From positions 160,001 to 224,000 of the forward strand of contig JBMNFY010000010.1 of NCBI GenBank assembly GCA_050949565.1: 64,000 nt of DNA, read 5' to 3'. The first letter of the stretch is position 1, and the number at the start of each line of letters is the position of its first letter. The notes beneath the pieces are model-generated. The model saw nothing but the letters and a program-made list of their open reading frames with translations, was not told the DNA's origin and did no database searches. The stretch comes from Kiritimatiellia bacterium. GTDB lineage: Bacteria; Verrucomicrobiota; Kiritimatiellia; RFP12; UBA1067. Below, piece by piece: positions 36,964-49,681 of this stretch. Made by a program: the position numbers and the translations under genes.

Positions 36964-39900
36964 TTAACTGTATGCCCGTGCACGTGACCAATTCCGCTCG
37001 GGACGCTTTTCCTTGTAGATGTCTTGCTTGGCGATGAAGCGAATGCCCTTGCGCCCGAGCAACTTTTCCGCTCCGGCTACAAAGCTCGGTGACGGATCAA
37101 CCAGAAAGGTCTGTCCGGACTGGATCAGGACGCGCCGTTTGTCCGGATAGATCAGACAGATCAGTAGGGGGATCGTGCCCGGATGCGATGCAACAAGGTC
37201 ACGCAGGGCACCGAGACGCTTGGTGGTGTTGGCGTCGGCCAGGATGCCGGCGACGATCTTCGCGCAAAAATGGCGTGGGGCATCGAGCAGCGGATAGACC
37301 TCACGTGCGATGATTTTGGCGGGCTCGTCGCGCTTGGAGAGTGTGCCGCACACCAAAACGGGTTGGTCAGGCACGCAAGCGCCTTCATACTTCTTGAACG
37401 CTTCGGAAAAGACCAGCGTCTCCATGCTGGTTTCGCCGTCATCCAGCACCAGCACGGCCCATGCTTCTTTTGATTGTTTGCTGATGCGCCGCGTTACCGA
37501 GGCAGCCATGCCGGCCACGCGCACATCGAAGTCATTTTTGGCGGAGGCGGCTTTGGCTAGGGACGTCGTCTGGATATCCTTGATGATGCGGCGGTAGCGG
37601 GTCAACGGATGGCCGGTCATGTAGATGCCGAGCAATTCGCGTTCGTACGTCAGGTTTTCCTTTTCGCTCCAAGGGTCACATTCGGGCAGATGGTTGGGGG
37701 CGGCGGAACCGGCGTCATGGTCGTCGAGCATCTCGAAAAGATTGCGTTGTCCGCTCTCCTGTTCGCGCAGCCGTTCGGCGGCGTTGGCAAACGCGAAGTT
37801 GATGGCGTTGAAAAGCCGTGCACGGTGCATGCCGAACCCATCCATCGCACCGCTTTTGATCAGCGCTTCCACAACGCGCTTGTTGACGACGCCGGGGTCG
37901 AGCCGCTGGCAGAAGTCGATCAGTCCCGTGAAGGGGCCGTTGGCCTTGCGTTCAGCTACGACGGCCTGCGCGGCGCACGCGCCGACGCTCTTAATGCCGG
38001 CCAGGCCGAAACGGATGTTGCCGTCTTCAGGGACAAAGCGGTCGAGACTGTGGTTCACGTCCGGCGGCAGAACGGTGAGACCCATTTCGCCAGCCTCCGA
38101 GACGAACCCAGGGAGCTTGTCGAAGTTGCCGATTTCCGACGAGATTTGCGCACACATAAACTCGGCGGGGTAGTGGGCCTTCAGGTAAGCGGTTTGGTAG
38201 GAGACCACACCGTACGCGGCGGCATGCGACTTGTTGAATCCGTAGTTGGCAAACTCGGTCATCGTGTCGAAGATCTTGTTGGCCAATCCGGCAGGCATGT
38301 CGCTGGTTTTCGCGCACCCCTCCACAAAGGCCGGGCGCTCTTTGGCCATGACCTCGGGCTTCTTCTTGCACATCGCACGGCGCAGCAGGTCGGCGTGGCC
38401 CAGCGAATAGCCGGCCAGCGACTGCGAGGCGCGTTGGACCTGTTCCTGATAGACAAAGATACCGTAGGTCTCTTTGAGTGTCGCCTCCAGTTTGGGATGG
38501 TCGTACACGATTGGCTCTTTGCCGTCCTTGCGGGCGATGTAACGCGGGATGTTGGCCATCGGACCGGGGCGGTAGAGCGCGGTCACCGCGATAATGTCCT
38601 CAATGCGGTTGGGCCGCAGTTCCGTCAGGACACGGCGCATGCCGCCGGATTCAAACTGGAATACGCCGACGGTGTCGCCACGCTGAAAAAGCTTAAAGGT
38701 TTTTTCGTCATCGAAGCGATTGAATTCCGGCGAGTTGAGGTCAAGGTCGATGCCGTGAACCAGCTTTACCAGATCGACGGCCTCCTGAATGACGGTCAGG
38801 GTTTTCAGCCCCAAGAAGTCCATCTTGAGCAAGCCGACCTCTGCGACTGCTTCTTTCGCGTATTGGGTGACGGGTTTTCCATCCTTATCACGTGCGAGCG
38901 GAATGATCTCGATCAACGGCTTGTCGCCGATCACGACGCCGGCCGCGTGTACCCCAGTGTTGCGATAGAAACCCTCCAATAGCCCGGCGTACTGCATGAT
39001 ACGCCGCAGGTCGGGATCGACCCGGCAGAGGGCACCGAACTCGGGATTCTCTTCTTTGGCCTTCTCCAGAGTAATTTTCGGATCATCAGGAATCAGTTTA
39101 CAGAAAGCGTTGGATTTATTGAGCGGGATCTCCAGCACGCGCGCGATGTCGCGGATCACCGTTTTGGCACCGAGCTGTCCATACGTCACGATCTGTGCGA
39201 CACGGTCCTCGCCGTATTTCTGCGTGACGTACTCAATCGTCTTGCTGCGGTTGGCCTGACAAAAGTCGATATCGAAGTCAGGGGGTGAGATGCGTTCCGG
39301 ATTTAAAAAGCGCTCGAAAATCAGGTCGAAGCGGATCGGATCAAGCTGCGTGATGTCCAGCGAGTAGGCCAGCAACGAGCCGGCGCCCGAACCGCGACCG
39401 GGGCCAACAGGCACCCCGTTGTTGCGCGACCATTTGACGAAATCAGAGACGACGAGAAAGTAGTTGATAAAGCCGGTCTTTTGGATCACACCCACTTCGT
39501 AATCGAAGCGTTCGACCAACTGCTTTTCGTCATCGTTTTTGGGCTGGTCGTAGTCTAAGCCGTAATGACGGCGCAGTCCGTCTTTGCCGAGATGGATCAG
39601 GTAGTCGAGATCGGATCCTTGCCAGTCATCCGGCAACTGGAACTCAGGGAAGTGCAGGCTCTCGGCGCTCCCGTCGGAGAAGGTCAGCTCCACATTGCAG
39701 CGGTCGGCAATCTCTTGGGTGAGATCAAAGGCTTCGACCTCGCCCGGAAAACGCTTCTCAAGCTCCTCGCGCGATTTAAAGTAAAACTCATTGGAGTCAT
39801 AGCGCATGTGATTGGGATCGCTCATCACGGTATTGGTCTGGATGCAGAGCATCACCTCATGAGCTTCGGCGTGGCTTTGGTGGAGATAGTGCACGTCGTT

Positions 39901-40512
39901 CGTGATCACCGCCTTGAGGCCGGTTCGTTTGCGCAACTCTCGCACGCCTTCGTTGATCGTCCGCTGTTCCGACATCCCGTGATCTTGCATCTCAAGGTAG
40001 AAATTGTCGGGGCCGAAAATTTCCATGTGCTCGCGCGCGACGCGCTCGGCTTCATTGAGGTTGTTTTCCAGCAGGTGCGAGTTGACCTCTCCCTTGACGC
40101 AAGCTGCCAGACCGATCAACCCTTCCGAATGGGCGCGCAAGGTCTCTTTGTCGATACGGGGCTTGTAATAAAACCCCTCCATGTGCGCGATCGTGTTGAT
40201 TTTAGCAAGATTGTGGTAACCGACATTGTTTTTTGCCAGTAGCACAAGATGGTGGTAGGGCAGAGTGTGGTCGCGTGTTGTCCGTGGGGCGTTGGCTAAG
40301 ATGTAGACCTCGCATCCGATCACCGGCTTGATGCCGTGCTCGTGACAGGTCTTGTAAAATTCGATTGTGCCATACATCACACCGTGGTCGGTCATCGCGA
40401 TGGCGGTCATGCCTAGTTCCTTGGCGCGTTTGACGAGTGGCGTGATGTGACAGGCGCCGTCGAGCAGGCTGTATTTGGTGTGCAGGTGAAGATGGACAAA
40501 AGGTTTTGACAT
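36964..40512 (-). CDS. dnaE: DNA polymerase III alpha subunit
   Basis: FVHLHLHTKYSLLDG (PHP), GPGRGSGAGS, FERFLNPER...PDFDIDF, LKMDFLGL, FNKSHAAAY, OB fold. Confidence 0.98.
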   Translation of the reverse strand: MSKPFVHLHLHTKYSLLDGACHITPLVKRAKELGMTAIAMTDHGVMYGTIEFYKTCHEHGIKPVIGCEVYILANAPRTTRDHTLPYHHLVLLAKNNVGYHNLAKINTIAHMEGFYYKPRIDKETLRAHSEGLIGLAACVKGEVNSHLLENNLNEAERVAREHMEIFGPDNFYLEMQDHGMSEQRTINEGVRELRKRTGLKAVITNDVHYLHQSHAEAHEVMLCIQTNTVMSDPNHMRYDSNEFYFKSREELEKRFPGEVEAFDLTQEIADRCNVELTFSDGSAESLHFPEFQLPDDWQGSDLDYLIHLGKDGLRRHYGLDYDQPKNDDEKQLVERFDYEVGVIQKTGFINYFLVVSDFVKWSRNNGVPVGPGRGSGAGSLLAYSLDITQLDPIRFDLIFERFLNPERISPPDFDIDFCQANRSKTIEYVTQKYGEDRVAQIVTYGQLGAKTVIRDIARVLEIPLNKSNAFCKLIPDDPKITLEKAKEENPEFGALCRVDPDLRRIMQYAGLLEGFYRNTGVHAAGVVIGDKPLIEIIPLARDKDGKPVTQYAKEAVAEVGLLKMDFLGLKTLTVIQEAVDLVKLVHGIDLDLNSPEFNRFDDEKTFKLFQRGDTVGVFQFESGGMRRVLTELRPNRIEDIIAVTALYRPGPMANIPRYIARKDGKEPIVYDHPKLEATLKETYGIFVYQEQVQRASQSLAGYSLGHADLLRRAMCKKKPEVMAKERPAFVEGCAKTSDMPAGLANKIFDTMTEFANYGFNKSHAAAYGVVSYQTAYLKAHYPAEFMCAQISSEIGNFDKLPGFVSEAGEMGLTVLPPDVNHSLDRFVPEDGNIRFGLAGIKSVGACAAQAVVAERKANGPFTGLIDFCQRLDPGVVNKRVVEALIKSGAMDGFGMHRARLFNAINFAFANAAERLREQESGQRNLFEMLDDHDAGSAAPNHLPECDPWSEKENLTYERELLGIYMTGHPLTRYRRIIKDIQTTSLAKAASAKNDFDVRVAGMAASVTRRISKQSKEAWAVLVLDDGETSMETLVFSEAFKKYEGACVPDQPVLVCGTLSKRDEPAKIIAREVYPLLDAPRHFCAKIVAGILADANTTKRLGALRDLVASHPGTIPLLICLIYPDKRRVLIQSGQTFLVDPSPSFVAGAEKLLGRKGIRFIAKQDIYKEKRPERNWSRARAYS

Positions 40513-40659
40513 GTCAGCGGATCGGGCGTGCAGGGTGACGTGACAAGGGGCAGTGGCACGCCCTAGACACACCCCCCGTACGGCGACAAATCATACCAAA
40601 TTTGACCGTCGTAACGGAAGCCGAAAGCTCGGGGACGGCGATTCCGGAGCGCAGAGATA

Positions 40660-40690
40660 GGCAGGGCGATCTCGGTGAGACCGCCCTGCC
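40660..40690. repeat. GC-rich hairpin after the giant protein gene (terminator or REP-like)
   Basis: GGCAGGGCGATCTC-GGT-GAGACCGCCCTGCC; no clear U-tract. Confidence 0.55.
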
Positions 40691-40698
40691 GGTCAACG

Positions 40699-43600
40699 TC
40701 ACCGCATAAAGAGGACGGTGCCGCCTTCGGAGAGCAACAGGAGGGCGCTGTTGCGACGGACGAGCTTCCATCCAGAGGGTAGCTCCGTGGCAAGCGTCGG
40801 CATGCCGGTGATACCCGTCGTCGTCTGTATGAGCGTGTAGGTCTGTGCGCGATCAAGCGCCTCGGGGTTGTTGATGGTCACGACCACGCCGCTGATATCG
40901 AGCGCGCCGGTGACATCCACAAGGTCGCCCAGATCAGCGCGGTACTGCGTGCCGGGGACGAGGGTGACGTTGGAGAAGGCGAGCGTGCCGACCGCGCCGT
41001 CGCCGCCGGGGCTGAGGACGGAGCCAGAGGCGAGCACGCCGTTCGAGACTGTGCCGCTGCCGGTGACGGTGCGGACAGTCTGGGTGCTGGCGTTCAGATC
41101 GAGCACCGCGCCGGCCGCGAGGTTCACGTCTGCGTCGGCGAGCAGGCGACCGATGTCGTCGGGGTTGGCTGCCGGCCGCACAAAGACGTAGAGGTCGCGG
41201 ATGTCGAACAATCCGGCGTTGTAGGTCCAGGTGTAGTCGTAGGCGGTCGTTTTGTCGGCCGGCGGATTGGGATCGTTGCCGATGCCCACTCCGAGGTCAT
41301 TGTCCCGACTGCCGCAATGGGAGATGGAGAAGAGCACCTGCTGTGCACCCCAGTTGTGGATCTGGAATGAGCCGTGTCCGATGGAGGTGCTGTTGCCACC
41401 GTTATCGTTGAAGTCAAACGCGCTTGAACTGCCGCCGATATCGGGGAGGCCGAAACCGGTCCCGTAGTTGGAGGGCCAGATCTCGAGGTTGCCAGTGTTA
41501 ACGCCGTCGACATCGGTGACGGCGCCGACGTTGGAACGCACGTCCATGTTGTAGACTTTCTGCTGCCACATGAAGGTGGCACCGTTGCGGTTGGGATAAC
41601 CGAGTTTGGTGCGGTCTTGGGTATGGGCGTTGAAGGAGACCCAGACCCATTGCGACTCACTCTCGCCCTTCTTACGGATTTCGAGATAGTAAGCCACGCG
41701 GTCGAAGGGCGCGGTCGCGGCGGAGTTGTCGATGGTGTAGGCCGTGCCGTTATAGGCGTCAGTAGCCTTCGTGGAAACCGGCGAGTAGTAGACGATGTCA
41801 TAGCCGTCGGCGAGGGCACCGACTTTGGCGCGGATGGCGGCCGGTACGGGCATCGTACCGCCGGCGTCGACGAGGCGCAGCGTGCCTTCGTTGACCTGCA
41901 CGTCGGGGGCCGCCGCTTCTTCAACCACGGGCGCGACATCGCGCGTGAGGATGTAGAGGTCGCGACGGGTGTAATCGGTGGCGTTCTCGGTGAAGGTCCA
42001 GTCGAGATTGGCGGAATCATTGGGCTTGTTGCCGATGCCGATGCAGGGCTTGTAGTTAGGCCGCCCGAAGTGGTTGACCGCGAAGAGGGTCTGGTTCAGG
42101 CCGAAGTTATGGACTTGGAAGGAGCCGTAGCCGGCGGCATTGCCGTAGAAACTGTTGCCGCTGCCGCTGTTCCGGTCGTCGAAGTCATATTTGGTACCGT
42201 CACCGACATAACCTCGGTCGAAGGCGTTGGCGGTCGGGAGGGCATGGTTGTAGTCGTTCGGGTACCACTCGATGTTACCGGTACTCACGTCGTCCACAGG
42301 TGTGACATTGGCGTTGGCGCTGGCGCGGACGGTCAGGTGATTGACGCGCGTCTGGAAGCACATCCGCTTGTCGGTGATCGGGAAGGCCAGCTTGGTGCGG
42401 TCGGTGAAGGGCGGCTCGAAGGCGGCCCAGACCCACTGGCGGCCGTACGAGCCGTGCTCGAGGACCATGACATAGGCCACGCGGTCGAAGCGGTTGGAAC
42501 TGTCGGGGTTCTTCACGCTCCAGAAGGTGTCGTCCAAGATGGTGTCCGAGACCGTGGGAATCGAACCCGCATAGATGATGGAGAAGCCCTTGGCGAGATC
42601 GCCCACGCCTTCGGCCACATCGGCAGGGAGTTCCGGGACGACCGTAGAGACCGGTTCGAACGCGATGCCGAGCTCATCGTACGGATTGTTGACGGTGAAG
42701 AGCGAGCCGTCGCCGGGGTCACTGATAAACTCGCAATACTCCACGTTCGGGACGTGGCGCGCGAGGCGGTCGATGCCCCAGACCGGGCGCGTGCCGTCGG
42801 ACTTGGTCCAGTAGCCGCCGACGCCGCCGCCGCCCTGGCCGGCGCGGATTTCGATGGCGTGCGGGCCGGGGGAGAGGGTAACGGTGCAGTGTGTGCCTGC
42901 ATTGCCTTGATTACGGTAGGGCAGGATCGTGGTGAAGCCCTTGTTGAGGATGACGTTGCCGTCGATGCGCAACAGGAAGGTGTCGTCCATGTTCTCCATG
43001 AATGTCCAGGTGACGTTCGTCGACTCCCGGTTCCAGAGATAGCCGGTGTAGACATAGACGGAGTTGTCCGGCCACCAGGCACCGTTGACGGTCGCGCCGC
43101 CGCTCGAGGACCAGCCGTAACCGAAAAGGGCGCGGGTGGAGAGTTGGACGGCGGGGCCGTATGTGGCGGTGCTCACCGGGTTCGTGTTGATGGCGGCACC
43201 GTCGAGGCGGTATTCGCGCAGGCCGGGGATTTTGGCGTTGCGGATGGCAGCGTCCAACTCTTCGGCGCGCGGGATGACGCGGGTCGAGAGGTCAAAGGTG
43301 CCTTCGCCGTCCTTGACGAGCGACGAGGTGGCCAAAGCACCGCCAACAAGCGAACCGCCGTCAGTAACGTGCGTCGTGCGGTTGGTGTGGGGGGTGTTGA
43401 GGACCAACGTACCGCCTACGAAGACGAGGTCAGAACCGTCGGGCAGGGCACCGTCGACAGTGGAGACGAGGGTGCCGCCCGCAAGGGTGGTCGGGCCGCG
43501 GTATGTGTTGACAGCGGCGAGGGCAAGCGTACCGTCGCCGGTCTTGGTGAGACCGCCGTCAAGCGTATCGGGCATGCTGCGGGTGGCCCTGCGGATGCTG

Positions 43601-46600
43601 GCACCGGTGAGCGGGCCGCCGCCATTGAGCGAGACGGAGGGGTCGGAAGTGTAGCCCGTACCGGGCGAGAGGATGCGGAATCCGGTGACCGCGCCGTCAT
43701 TGAGGACGGCTTCGGCAACCGCGCCGACACCGCCGCCACCAGTGACGAGCACGGCGGGCGGTGCGATATAACCGGAACCTTGCGCATTGACTTCGATGTA
43801 GGAGAGCCCCATGCCGGCGGGTTCCAGCGGAAGGTCAAGCGTGGCACCGACACCAGTGGGGGTGTCGATGACTGCGCCGCCGGCATGGACGGCCAGGGTG
43901 GCGGGCACGTTGTTCGCGCCGGTACGCACGATCGAGCCGGACTCGCGGACGGAGAGGGTGCCGCCGTCGAAGTTGATGGCGGCGCGTGCGGTGTTGGCCG
44001 AATTGTTGTTGCCGCCTTTGCGCAGATACTTGGTATCGAGCACGCCGCCCTTGAGGGTGACGGCCGCCAACGGGGAACTGTTGCGGTTGGCGAGTGTCAC
44101 GATGTTGGCCGAAACGCGGGCGTTCTCCTCGATGGTGAGGAAGCCCCATCCGTTGTTGTACCAGTTGACGCTATCCCACATGCAGAGATCAAGGCTGGCG
44201 GTGCCGGTGTCGATGGTGCCGTTGCCGGAGAGGTGGAAGTGGCCGTAGCCGGCGCGGGTACCGAAGGTGCCGCCGTAGTAGGCTGCAGGGTTGTCGCCGC
44301 CTGTGCCTTGGGCGGGAACACTGCCGGAGTTGAAGACGACGCGGCCTTCGCCTTTGACGCGCAGCGTGCCGTAAGCGCTGCTGTTGTGCGAGAGCTGTGT
44401 GTAGCCCTTGTTGGTGAGTGCGCCACCGGAGATCTCGTAGTAGCCGAAGCCCGATTCGCCGATGCGCCCGTCGGCGGCGGCTCCGCCGGTATTGAGGAAA
44501 ACGCCGCCGGTCTGGTAGACCACGCCGGCTGAGGTGCCGTCGCGCCCGACGTGCAGGCGGCCTTGGATGAAGGCGTTGTCAGAGATCGTCAGGACGCCGC
44601 GCGAAGAACCGAGCGTGCCGACGCCGATGGCGGGCTGAGCGCGGTTGTAGCCGTTATCGGTCGTGGTGATAACGGTGTTGCCGGAGAGCGGAAGCATGGC
44701 GCAAGAGGCGGCCCAGTTGTCAACACCGACCTGCACGCCGTAAGGGCCGAGATCGAGGGTGCCGCCATCGAAGCTGTTCAGGTCGAGTGTGCCGTCGTGG
44801 ATGCGTACCGGTCCGCTTACGGGCCAGTTGCCCGTGAGCGAGAGGACGTAGGGTCCGAGTTTGGAGAGGCCGAAGGCGGGCCAGTCGGCGGTGTAGGTAA
44901 GATCGGCTTCAGCCGTGTCGATGCCGAGGTAGGCGGTGGGCGACGTGAAGGCACCCGAGGCGGCGAGTGCTTCGATCTGCGCGAGCGACCAGCCGTCGGC
45001 AGCGTGGCGAACGGCAAATTCGCCGGTGCCGGAGACTGTCAGCGAAGCGGGCGCGCCCGGCACGGAGCCGGGGGCGTAGGCATGGAGCAGCGAGTTGTTG
45101 ACGGTGGTGTGGCCGGTGTAGGTGTTGGCCGGATTGCGCAGGTAGGTGTAGCCGCCGTAGGTCTTGAGGAGTCCGCCTGCCCCGGAGATCTGGCCTGCGA
45201 TGTTGTTGTGCACGTACGACGTTTGTCCGTCGAGGATGGCCTGGCCGCCTGTCAGTGTGACCGGCCCGGCCCAAGTATTGTGATTGGTGGTGCCGGAACG
45301 GACGGTGAAGCGTGCGCCGTCGGCGAGGGTGAGCGACCAGTTTACGGGCGGAACGAGATTGTGGAAGTCGAAGCCCGCGCCGTCGGCGACGGTGAGCGTG
45401 TTGACGGCAGAGCCGCCGAGGTCGGTGGATGCCTCGATCCCGAGAATACCGCCCTCGACATCGATGGCGGTGTCGGGCGTCACGCCGGCGATCTGGGTGG
45501 AGGTGAGGATGAACGAACTGGAGCCGACTTTACTCAGCGAGTGGCCGGCGAAATCGAACAGCCCGTTGCGGATATCGAAGCGGCCACGGGTGCCGTTGTA
45601 GGGGAGCGGGGTGGGGCCGATACCGCCGATCGCGGCGTCGTCGGCGAGCGCGATGGACTTGAAGGCGTTGTACTGGAGCGCATCATGGTCCATGCGCAGG
45701 GCACCGAGTCCGTCCGGACCGCTGCCGGCGATCGTGATGGTCTTGTCGAGGGCGATCGAATTGTTGGGGGCCTGTCCGATGGCCAGCGATCCGCCGTCGG
45801 CAACAGTGACGGACGGCAGGGCGACGCCACCGAGTGACTGGGAGTGGGCGACCTCGAGGATGCCGTTGGAGACGGTTACCGGCCCGGTGAAGGTCGGGCT
45901 CGCAGCGCTGAGGATGACACGTCCCGCATTGTTGAGCGTGAGGGGCGCACTGCCTACGAAGGGGCCGCTGAACGTCTGCGTGACCGTCGCATCAGGCGCG
46001 AGCGCGAGGGGCGCGTCGAGGCGGGTTGTGCCGGTCTGAGAGACCGGTCCGGAGAGCGTTATCTCATCATTGCCGGCCGTGGTCAATGTGGTGGGCGCAC
46101 CGTTATCGATGAGGGCGGCAGAAATGTTAAGCGGACCGCTCAGGGCGATGAGGCCTGATGCAGGCGGTGTGGCTGCGGTAGCGAGCCGTTCGTTCGACAG
46201 GCCGAAACAACCGCTGTGGACGTTGCCGGAGGTCGCGACCGCATTGACGGCGATCTTGAGGGTACCGTTGGCCGGGGCCATGTAGCGGTAGACAATCGCG
46301 TTGGCCGAGTTGGGCTGGCTGGCGTAAATCGTGGTGGTGTCCGGGAAGGAGGATACGCTCGAATGGAACTGGTAGACGCAACGGCGCTCTTGGGTCGAGG
46401 ACGGCGGGTCCCAGGCACGGAAATAGAGCGTGATCTCGTAAATGGCGCCGGGGGTGAGCCCGGTGAGCTGGCCAGTCCAGTTGCTGTTGTAGTTCATGTC
46501 GTAGAGCAGCGAGAGGAGGCCTGAGCAGGTTTCGGGCGGGAGCGAGTTGGTCCATTCGTTCCAGTTGGCATAGCCGTTGCCGTTGGGGAAACCGGAGTAA

Positions 46601-49600
46601 TCGGTGCCGGTACCGTTGGCTGCGCCCTTGGTGAAGGTCACGCCGTTGATGGTGGCGGGGGACTGGTTGCCGAAGTCGATGAGGTGCGAGTAGGTCTTGG
46701 AGGTCGAGAGCCCGGTGGCGGCATCCGAGGTGAGGGGCACGATACGGACGGTGCGTAGGTCGGGATAAGTGATGTCCGCAGACGCGCCGGATGCGGTCAG
46801 GGTGCCGTTGATAACGGAGAGCGGTGCTTCGGGCTGGAGGTAGTTGAGGGCGAGAATGCCGCCGCCCAGATCAAGCGTGGCGGGAGCGGCTGCCGTATAG
46901 TTGAACTGGCCGAGCGTGGTCAGGGGGGCAGCGATGGTGAAGTCGCCTGCAGGCGCGGTGTCGGCTGTCGCGGCGTGACCGGCGGCGTCCGGGAGGGTGT
47001 CGTTCACGATGGCGGCGGCGGGCAGGACCCGCGGCATGAGGCCATCGGCGGTGCTGTAAGTGGCGGGACCGCCATTGAGGATGATGCCGTCAACGGGGCC
47101 GGCAGCGAGGCCGCTGATGAAGATGCGGTTTGCGGCGGTGCCGACCGAGGGGGCGTTGATGGTGAGGACATTGCCGTTGAGGGTGATTGCGGCGAATGTG
47201 ACCGATGACGCCGTGGCTGCGGCCGGGACGGTAATCTGGGAGGCCTCGGTCAGGGTGATGGCCGGGAGGGCGACGTTGTAGTTATCTGCGGCGGCGGGAT
47301 TGAGGGCGAGCGTGCCTCCCGCGAGGGTGAACGTGCCGGAGCCGAGGGACGCGCCTGCGGGGAGTGCGAGCGTGCCGCTTTCGATGGATGTCGCGCCGGA
47401 ATAGGTGTTGGCGGCTGTGAGGGTGAGGGTGCCTGCGCCGGTCTTGGCAAGACCGCCGGTACCGGAGCGGACGCCGGAAAACACGATGGGGCCGGACGCG
47501 TCAAAGACGAATGTACCCGCGCCGGTCATGTCGCCGGTGAGGTTGAGCGTGCCGGAGCCGGCGTTTTCAATGATGGCCCGGTCTTTGTCAACGGTGAATA
47601 TTTTGTCAGTGGAGGACGCGGTGGCGCCGGTGACGCGCAGTCGCGAGTAGATGCCACTGTCGAGCGGATTGACGAAGTTGACGGTCGTGCAGGAGCCGAG
47701 GGGGTTGGGGGTGCCATTGGGGGCGAGGAAGGCGACCTCTACGCTGTTACCCCTGTCGAACGCGAGCGTACCTTGGATGTCGTTGTCCGGATGGTTCAGA
47801 GCCAGCGTGCCCCGCGTCCAGCCGCCTGTGGTTTCAAACCCATTGGGCGCGATGAGTTGGACGTTCATATCGAGTCGTCGGCTCTGTATGGCGATACGGG
47901 CGCGCCTGGCGAGGTCTGAGGGAACGATACGCAGGGCCGCGCCCTCACCGTTCATCGAGCCGCCGACATTGACGGCGAAGTTCCAGTCGTTGCGGCAGAA
48001 GATGTTGGTGGTGTGCGAGGCGAAAATCAGGTTGAGAGGAAAATCATAACTCCAGAATGCGCCGATAGTCGTCCGTTCAGTGAAGGTCAACGGAGCATTG
48101 ATGTGCGATTCGAGCCTGATGTAGTTGGTGTCGGTCTCCTCGTGGGCGGGAGCGCGGCGGAGCGTGTTGAAGGTGATCGGACCGCTCCCGTACAGATAGA
48201 TGCTGCGGCTGGTGGTGTTGGTGTAGCTGAGGGTGAGGGTCTTGGTCGGCTCGTAGTTGTAAGCGTAAAAGTTTCCGTTGACGCACAACGAGGCGTTCAC
48301 GGTCTGATCATTGGCTGCGCCGGCGGGGAGTGTGAGCGTGCCGTTGGCGGCGAGTGTCAGCGTTTCTTCCGGCAGGCCGATCGTGTACGCGGCGGCGTCC
48401 GGGGCGAAGGTAATACCGGCGGCTGTGGCGCTGCTACCCAAGCCGATGGCTGTTTTGCCGTTGCCGTCACCGGTGAAAAACGCGGTTTCGGCGGAGGTGG
48501 GCACGGCACCGCCGCTCCAGTTGGCGGCGGTTGACCAGAGGGCGTCGGCACCCAGACCGGTCCACGCGCACGCGCCAGGCGTGTAGAAAGAGCCGACTAC
48601 GCCGGACAGGGAGGTGGTGAAGGGACCGCCGTTTGAGGCGGGAATGAGGTCGGTGATGGTACCGTTGAAGGAGAGTGTGGAAACGGTCGCTGGCGTAAGT
48701 CCGCTAAGGGTGAGTGTGATGCTGCGCTGGTCGGCGGCAAGCGGGGATATCGCAGTGACGCTACCGGCGGGTGCCACCGTCCAGGCGGTCGGGGTGGCGA
48801 CGGCAGGGGAGGCATCGAGGTCGATGGGCTTGGAGAAGGTGACGGTAGCCGTATTGTCCGGGGCTAAGCGAACGGTGGTGACGACGGGCGGCGCAAAGTC
48901 GCCGTACGGCGTGACGATGTTGGTGATGGCAGGGAACCACGCAGCCGCCATCTTGCCGTAGCCGGTGTCGTTCGGATGGAGATTGTCGTACATGTCCGTT
49001 CGTTCGAGGTAGGCGTGCATGTCCAAGAAATGGACACGGCGTCCGGCGTTTTGATGGGCCTGGACGACTCCTGCGACATACGGGTTGAAATGGTCTTTAA
49101 TGAGGACATATCTCGAATCCGAGTCATTGGCGCCGCGCTTCAGCAGGGTGGTCACGATGATGTGCGCGTAGGGGCGGGCGGCAGGCGATACGGGCGATGA
49201 GCGCGTCGAGTTCATCGATGGTGCCGGGGAAATTCGGCGCGTCGCCGGTGTCGTTCGTGCCGATGTGAACCAACACCACGTCAGGGTCCGCAATCTGCGC
49301 GAGCCAGCCGAGGATGTTTTCGTAGAGACCGCTACTGGCGGCGGAAACACGCCAGCCGCTGTGTCCCTCGTGGTTGATTTCGTCACCGAGGCCGGGATGC
49401 GTATTCGAGGTCTGCGTGCCGATGTAGTCGACGTTGTACCCCGCATTGGTGAGTGTCACGTAGAGCGGGTAGCGGTAACCGCCACCGGTTCCGCTGTTGT
49501 TCGATCCGTATGTGATGGAGTCGCCGAGCGGCATGATACGCAACGGCGGCGGCTGCGCCAGCACGGGCGTGACAGCGAGTAACGCACCCACACCGACCAA

Positions 49601-49657
49601 CAACCAACGGCAGGCAACGGAACACAGACGGTTAGAACCGGACAGACGGATTGACAT
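40699..49657 (-). CDS. Giant (about 2980 aa) secreted multidomain protein: SGNH esterase, PATR beta-helix, PA14-like and duplicated unnamed domain; frameshifted near 49180
   Basis: RBS AAGGAG plus ATG 49657, signal peptide, SGNH blocks PLGDSITYG / HIGTND in the ORF-49124 frame continuing as HIIVTTL...DNLHPN in the ORF-40699 frame; many GGLAKTGAGTLTLTAANTYSGAT repeats; ends GGTVLFMR. Confidence 0.82.
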
Positions 49658-49681
49658 AAGGCACTCCTTTTCACTCACTGA

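Noticed and set aside
41617-45837. Long antisense ORFs (971 aa, 428 aa; similar ones at 6503-7951, 37609-38982, 56165-58093, 60948-62921)
   Set aside because: These are shadows of GC-rich real genes on the opposite strand and have no recognisable motifs.
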